Of a DNA stretch of 21,429 nucleotides, positions 17,230-21,429 are shown in pieces. The first letter of the stretch is position 1; the number at the start of each line of letters is the position of its first letter. The DNA is from a virus. Taxonomy: Duplodnaviria > Heunggongvirae > Uroviricota > Caudoviricetes. The DNA is taken from the IMG/VR virus record IMGVR_UViG_2565956608_000001, positions 1 to 21,429 of that record; one strand, written 5' to 3'. Position numbers and translations under genes: made by a program. Below the pieces are notes generated by a model. It made no database searches and was not told the DNA's origin. It worked only from the letters and a program-made list of their open reading frames with translations.

Positions 17230-18710
17230 GGTATGTTGTAGCTTGAGTAATCAATCTCTTTAGGATCTTTGATGTCTCGCATCTGTATTGCAAAACGCCT
17301 CATCATGTAGCCATAGCGAACAGCAGAAAGGATGTCGTCATTTAGCTTGACGATCTTCCCGTTCTCATCGCGGTGATACAGGCGAAACTCTTCAAAGAAT
17401 GGCTCGCAGGTGTTAAATACCTTGAAACGACCGTCGAGCATCATGTCGCGTATCTCTGCTATCCCGGGTTCGACCGCATTACCTCCATCAGGCCATGTTG
17501 CATGATCTGGCAACATGTCGAACCCAGCGTCGGCGTATTGTTCCTTGAGCTGAGCGCCGCCTCCCTTTTCGTGCTGATGCCCGTCATGAGGCCAAGCCGT
17601 AGGGGTGTTTTTGCTCCATGCTTTAACAGCACTCCATGCCTCTGTCGCCTTCTTCTGTTTGGCCTTCCAGACGCGAGAAAGATAAATCACGTCCTCGTCT
17701 TTATCCCACCAAAGCTGGATATGTGCCTGTGGGTGATCCCATCCGAAGTCCATTGCATTGATGACGTAGAAGTGATCAGGACACTCGAACGGCTGACACT
17801 TAATCGTCTCTTCCGGTATCTGGAAGATTCGACCGCTACCCATCGTAGGAATACCGCGAGCACGCGCCTCTCTCTCATGCTCAGGATAAGATGCGATGAT
17901 TTGCTCTTTCTGCTCGTCGGTGTAGTGCTCAGCGTCATAGATGGTCATGTTGACCACTTTCTGCGACTTGCTGGGATTCTTCAGGAACTTGGTAACAACG
18001 TCAGACATCCCCATCAGCGGGGTAAACGTCAGAATTGAGAATTGCCCGTATTTGTTGGTACGGGTAAGCCCTTCGCCATAAATGCTGTATGGTGGCTCTT
18101 CGTCAAACCACACGCCGTGGATTGTGTCACCCTGCCAGCGAGCGCGTCCTTGCGAGTATGGTTTGAAGTAGCAGATTGAAATGCCATCTTCAACGCCATC
18201 AGCCGTGTGATGCTTAACCAGAAGATGATCAACAAGGTTCGGAAAGAAAGGAGACTTCTTCCAGCTAATGATGTCTTCTTTCGGTATGGAACCGTAGCCT
18301 GGCTCGTCATTCTCTTCAATACGACCGCACAGGATGCGTTGAGTCGTTTTGGTTACAGTCTCGTTTGTCTCGCCGCCAATCCAGAAGACAACAGGCTCAT
18401 AGAAACGCTTACCTTTCCACTCACCGCCATATTTACCATCAGCAGGATAGCCTTTTGTGCCCGGATAACGCCCGGTAAGGTGAAACGCGACTTCAGCAGC
18501 ACCAGTAAATGACTTACCAAGCTGGTTACCAGCCATAAAACAGCGCTCTGGATAGTCATGCCCGGCGTCGATGAACTCACGCTGTTTGCTGTATGGCGTA
18601 AATTCATATAGCAGGTGTGTGTTCCGGTAGTTCTCTTCTTCTTCGAGTAGCTCGAGCAACTCGATTTGCTCTTCGTCGCTCAGGTTATCAAGAATCGCGT
18701 CCAGTTCCAC
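17214..18710 (-). CDS. terL: Terminase large subunit, P22 gp2-like
   Basis: A 498-aa ORF beginning [37 protein letters not shown]..., with a Walker-A-like motif (GNQLGKS). Size and N-terminus match my recollection of P22 gp2. Confidence 0.9.
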   Translation of the reverse strand: MELDAILDNLSDEEQIELLELLEEEENYRNTHLLYEFTPYSKQREFIDAGHDYPERCFMAGNQLGKSFTGAAEVAFHLTGRYPGTKGYPADGKYGGEWKGKRFYEPVVFWIGGETNETVTKTTQRILCGRIEENDEPGYGSIPKEDIISWKKSPFFPNLVDHLLVKHHTADGVEDGISICYFKPYSQGRARWQGDTIHGVWFDEEPPYSIYGEGLTRTNKYGQFSILTFTPLMGMSDVVTKFLKNPSKSQKVVNMTIYDAEHYTDEQKEQIIASYPEHEREARARGIPTMGSGRIFQIPEETIKCQPFECPDHFYVINAMDFGWDHPQAHIQLWWDKDEDVIYLSRVWKAKQKKATEAWSAVKAWSKNTPTAWPHDGHQHEKGGGAQLKEQYADAGFDMLPDHATWPDGGNAVEPGIAEIRDMMLDGRFKVFNTCEPFFEEFRLYHRDENGKIVKLNDDILSAVRYGYMMRRFAIQMRDIKDPKEIDYSSYNIPCGVG

Positions 18711-19182
18711 GGTTGAATAGCTCCTTGATACGAGAGCGTCGCTTATCGCGATCTCCCTTATCAGGTGTCACGTCTTCAACTTGCGACTGCTCTTTGAGGC
18801 CCAAATCACGGGCGATGATGTTAGCGTTGAGAAGGTCAGCGGCTGCGCCAGAGAATTTCTGGTCGTAGATGATGTCTTCCGCTCGTGATGTGACGTCAGA
18901 AAAACCTTCCATTGACCGGAAGGTTCCCCATGTTTGCCTGGTGATATCAAGGAAGGTACACAATCCTGAAATAGTCATGGCTCGCATCTTAGGAAGATTA
19001 GCCTTAATTATTTCTCCCTGATATGAAAATACCTTACCCTCCCATAGCGGGTTATCATCAGCCCACTCGAAGTATTCACAACAAGCAGCCCACAGCGCCT
19101 CAGGCGATTCGAATTTAGGGTTTCGCCCATGACTACTGCGGGCCTCCCAGAATCGGTTGCCCTTTGGTGCTGCCATATTCAT
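18688..19182 (-). CDS. terS: Terminase small subunit, P22 gp3-like
   Basis: [40 protein letters not shown]... and the C-terminus ..[47 protein letters not shown] match my recollection of P22 gp3. The true start may be the third Met. Confidence 0.9.
   Translation of the reverse strand: MNMAAPKGNRFWEARSSHGRNPKFESPEALWAACCEYFEWADDNPLWEGKVFSYQGEIIKANLPKMRAMTISGLCTFLDITRQTWGTFRSMEGFSDVTSRAEDIIYDQKFSGAAADLLNANIIARDLGLKEQSQVEDVTPDKGDRDKRRSRIKELFNRGTGRDS
18880..18909 (-). promoter_or_regulatory. Candidate pac (packaging initiation) site inside terS
   Basis: The minus strand reads GAAGGTTTTTCTGACGTCACATCACGAGCG (encoding [10 protein letters not shown]). This is the counterpart of the P22 pac sequence GAAGATTTATCTGAAGTCGTTACG (encoding EDLSEVVTRA) that I recall lying within gene 3. 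Confidence 0.4.
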
Positions 19183-19211
19183 CTCACTTAATCGTTATTT
19201 CAGGTTGAGCA

Positions 19212-19454
19212 TCATGCTCCGGTGGTGAACAGGTCTAACGCTTCCTTCGATTTACGCACCGCTTCGATAGTGCGGGTCGTGATATCTGAATTAGCGCCAC
19301 CTGACTGGAAGTGAATTTTGAATAGCTCAAGCTTCAGCTCGTCAGTGCCAATGAACTGAAATGCTTCTTCTGCGGCTGCGTTCTGGTTCATGACCAGCTT
19401 GTAAATCTCTAACTGGAATTTCTGTTCTTCAGTCATGGGAATAATCTCTGCCAT
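19212..19454 (-). CDS. Hypothetical 80-aa protein upstream of terS
   Basis: ORF with a GGAG RBS (aacGGAGccaacaATG). No recognisable domain. Confidence 0.5.
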   Translation of the reverse strand: MAEIIPMTEEQKFQLEIYKLVMNQNAAAEEAFQFIGTDELKLELFKIHFQSGGANSDITTRTIEAVRKSKEALDLFTTGA

Positions 19455-19523
19455 TGTTGGCTCCGTTTATCCGTTAAAAGGGATATCAGTTAAGTTATCC
19501 CGTGTAGGGTATAAGTCATTGTC

Positions 19524-19546
19524 GAGACCACTCATTGAATGGTCTC
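19524..19546. repeat. Perfect palindrome GAGACCA-N9-TGGTCTC in a long non-coding stretch
   Basis: Seven-bp arms at 19524..19530 and 19540..19546 are exact reverse complements. No U-tract follows on either strand. Confidence 0.6.
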
Positions 19547-19777
19547 TGCAATAACCGATGTCTTTCCATCAGTCCGCCACCACAAAGAATCTTTTTTGCC
19601 ATAAGGCAGGAGGTTCATCTTTCAGTGGCTGCCAGTGTTATTTCCCCACTTTCTGGCTTGGGTTGTTTCGCTGTATTGCCGCAACTGGTGGTGCACAGAT
19701 TTAGTTAAATCTGTTCTCGCCTGAACTATCTTTTACATACCCGGATTGTGGGGATGTAAATCACGGTTTCATTATCA

Positions 19778-19799
19778 AGCCCACCCGTAGATGGGCTTT
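19778..19799. repeat. Perfect palindrome AAGCCCA-N8-TGGGCTT immediately downstream of the 85-aa ORF
   Basis: Seven-bp arms are exact reverse complements. No U-tract follows, so this is not a canonical intrinsic terminator; it may be a protein-binding or RNA-processing site. Confidence 0.6.
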
Positions 19800-19806
19800 G
19801 GAATGG

Positions 19807-20064
19807 CTACTTCGCTTTTGCTTCCGCTCGCTTACGCCGGCGCTCTTCTTTCCTCTCGGCTTTTGCCATGTCCATGAATGCCTGCATGATCGAGTTCCGC
19901 ATCATGTAGCTAACAAAGTGATGATTGACACAGCCGTTGAGGCGCAGCTGCTCGCCAAACTCATCCACCGAGGCCAATGCTTCCATCATGCCCTTCTCGC
20001 CTTTCATGAACTCTGAGAAGTCGCGCCCCGCTCTGGAGGCGCATTCAATAACACGATCACTCAT
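19807..20064 (-). CDS. Hypothetical 85-aa protein with a lysine/arginine-rich C-terminus
   Basis: Its ATG overlaps the stop of the upstream KilA-N gene in an ATGA arrangement. Confidence 0.5.
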   Translation of the reverse strand: MSDRVIECASRAGRDFSEFMKGEKGMMEALASVDEFGEQLRLNGCVNHHFVSYMMRNSIMQAFMDMAKAERKEERRRKRAEAKAK

Positions 20065-20558
20065 CCCGGAAGCCCGGGGATCGTAATCTGCAGCTGGTTA
20101 GCCAGGGAGTTAATCTCAGCGACCAACACTGGCTTCGTATAGCGCCATGCTGCCAGCCCTTGTCCGCAGAAGCTCGCCATGTCTTTCTTCTGGTCAAACT
20201 CATGACATTTCATGTTGAGCTGCGCACTTAAGCTGTTGCGATGCTGAAGTTCTCCGGTGAAGTAGTCATCGAGGACTTTATAGGCCGCGTACTTGAACCC
20301 GGGGTTTAACCAAGCCGCATAATCGTAAGCAACAAACTTCCCGCCATATGTTCCACCGTGTACACCGCGCTCAGTAAAAACCACAGATTCGTGGTTTTTC
20401 TCCAGCTCGGCTAAGAACTCTTTGGTCTGCTTGTTTCGCAGGTAGTGGTAAGGCGATTCAGATTCACTTTTACCACTGGCTTTCCACATATCAGTGAGGC
20501 AGATCATGCCATCTTCACCGATACGAATTGGTTGATTGAAGAGGGTTAATGATTTCAT
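20061..20558 (-). CDS. KilA-N domain protein
   Basis: The N-terminus MKSLTLFNQPIRIGEDGMICLTDMWKASGKSESESPYHYLRNKQTKEFLAELEK...ERGVHGGTYGGKFVAYDYAAWLNP fits the KilA-N pattern as I recall it. Confidence 0.7.
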   Translation of the reverse strand: MKSLTLFNQPIRIGEDGMICLTDMWKASGKSESESPYHYLRNKQTKEFLAELEKNHESVVFTERGVHGGTYGGKFVAYDYAAWLNPGFKYAAYKVLDDYFTGELQHRNSLSAQLNMKCHEFDQKKDMASFCGQGLAAWRYTKPVLVAEINSLANQLQITIPGLPG

Positions 20559-20671
20559 AGCGTGTACCTACTCTTTGAAATGAACCTTTGCCGCACAGGA
20601 AACCAGCCCACCGAGGCTCGCCAGCACTACCTGGTATCCTCAAAGGCCCATTCCAAAGGGGCAGGTTCGGT

Positions 20672-20700
20672 GTAAAAAACATGCGTTGCGGTACGCATTT
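20672..20700 (-). terminator. Rho-independent terminator (second of a tandem pair) between Rz and the KilA-N gene
   Basis: The minus-strand RNA reads AUGCGU-ACCGCA-ACGCAU-G-UUUUUU. Confidence 0.6.
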
Positions 20701-20703
20701 ATT

Positions 20704-20727
20704 GCAAAAAGCCCCGCATCGCGAGGC
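20704..20727 (-). terminator. Rho-independent terminator directly downstream of Rz
   Basis: The minus-strand RNA reads GCCUCGC-GAU-GCGGGGC (one U-G wobble) followed by UUUUU. Confidence 0.6.
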
Positions 20728-20759
20728 TCATTAAATTGACTTTGTGATTTGCAAAAAAA

Positions 20760-21197
20760 TTATTTCAGGCATTGCGTCCTGATGTATTCCTGCAGGTAGT
20801 TAACCTGCGCGGTTATCCTGTCGATTCCACTTCTGAGACGGTAATAATTGAGTTCAGCATCTGCTGTAAGTCTTGGGCTTTCTCCATCGCCCATGCTGCT
20901 GGCTCCGGTCGTTGACTTTGCACAGGTGGCGGCGACTTGCAGGCGCTTACGACCAGCAGAAACATCAGCACGGAGACTTTCGATAGTCGCGTTAGCATCA
21001 GCAAGCTCCTTTGTGTATCTGGCGTCAAGTTCTGCTACATCACGTTGACGCTTCTGCATGTCAGCAATTGTGGATGCGGCCTTATCGCGCTGCTCTTTGT
21101 AGGCGATTGCGTTATCACGGTAATGATTAACAGCCCATGACAGGCAGACGATGATGCAGATAACCAGAGCGGAGATAATCGCAGTTACTCTGCTCAT
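20760..21197 (-). CDS. Rz: Rz i-spanin (inner-membrane spanin subunit)
   Basis: From ATG 21197 the translation is [39 protein letters not shown]..., nearly identical to the lambda Rz N-terminus as I recall it. The track ORF starts 4 codons earlier at a GTG. Confidence 0.9.
20813..20998 (-). CDS. Rz1: Rz1 o-spanin (outer-membrane lipoprotein) embedded in Rz in the +1 frame
   Basis: From the internal ATG at 20998 (AAGGAG RBS 7 nt upstream) the translation is [36 protein letters not shown]..., with a lipobox (VVSAC) and a proline-rich mature region like lambda Rz1. Confidence 0.8.
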   Translation of the reverse strand: MLTRLSKVSVLMFLLVVSACKSPPPVQSQRPEPAAWAMEKAQDLQQMLNSIITVSEVESTG

Positions 21198-21429
21198 TGC
21201 TGCCCCCACAAACAGACTTCACGCTCAATCTCACGGCGAGTCATCAGCCCTTTCCATTGCTTACCGCCAGCGTATGTCCAGCGACGTAGCTGGTCACATG
21301 CGCCCTTGATATCGCCCTGGTTGATTTTGCGAAGAAGCGTCGATGTTCTGAAATTGCCTGCGCCCACGTTATAGACGAACGAATAAAGAGCGCCGCGCGT
21401 TGTTTCCGGTATATCGACTTTGATGTACG
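21194..21429 (-). CDS. Endolysin, GH24 (T4/P22-type) lysozyme, C-terminal part only (5' end beyond window)
   Basis: Manual translation of the minus strand gives ..[67 protein letters not shown], which resembles the P22 gp19 C-terminus. Its TGA overlaps the Rz ATG (ATGA). Confidence 0.8.

Larger units (their letters stand above)
1..21429. mobile_element. Segment of a P22-like temperate podophage/prophage (late morphogenesis operon, immI region, tailspike)
   Basis: Gene order and translations match the P22 layout terS-terL-portal-scaffold-coat-gp4-gp10-gp26-gp14-gp7-gp20-gp16-(sie locus)-mnt-arc-ant-tailspike, all on the minus strand except the mnt operon. Identification is from recalled P22 protein sequences, not a database search. 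Confidence 0.9.

Noticed and set aside
5371-18512. Plus-strand ORFs inside the minus-strand structural genes (for example 5371..5673, 9626..10150, 12848..13333, 14332..14760, 15043..15567, 17373..18038, 18207..18512)
   Set aside because: They lie antisense to long, well-supported late genes, lack RBSs and have biased, low-complexity translations. They are treated as shadow ORFs.
19524-19546. GGTCTC / GAGACC arms read as a restriction (BsaI-type) site pair
   Set aside because: A palindrome naturally contains both orientations of the same hexamer, and there is no evidence of a restriction-modification system in the window. It is treated as a possible binding site only.
1-21429. CRISPR arrays, tRNA or rRNA genes, integrase or att sites
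   Set aside because: No regularly spaced direct repeats, no tRNA-like T-arm motifs in the non-coding gaps, and no recombinase-like ORF were seen. The window covers late and immI regions, not the integration module.

Overview
This window is a contiguous stretch of a P22-like temperate podophage or prophage, with the late operon on the minus strand. Reading right to left it holds the end of the lysis cassette (GH24 lysozyme C-terminus, Rz with embedded Rz1), a KilA-N moron, small and large terminase, portal, scaffold, coat, gp4/gp10/gp26 tail-completion and needle proteins, and ejection proteins gp14/gp7/gp20/gp16. Next comes an immI-type region (mnt on plus; arc, an extra ORF, and ant on minus) and then a tailspike whose 3' end runs off the window. 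The tailspike has a P22-type head-binding domain fused to an Asp-box sialidase-like domain, which suggests an endosialidase and a polysialic-acid (K1-type) encapsulated enterobacterial host, as in CUS-3-like phages. All homology calls are from reading the translations and from recalled P22 sequences; no database search was possible. The best candidates for something undescribed are (1) an AT-rich three-gene cassette co-oriented with mnt in the position P22 uses for sieA, encoding an acidic soluble protein, a tail-anchored coiled-coil membrane protein and a 2-TM mini-protein; (2) an extra 73-aa ORF translationally coupled between arc and ant; and (3) a pair of compensating frameshifts that scramble 21 residues of the otherwise conserved tailspike head-binding domain. 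A sar-like antisense RNA, overlapping divergent promoters with operator repeats, and several intrinsic terminators are also visible.
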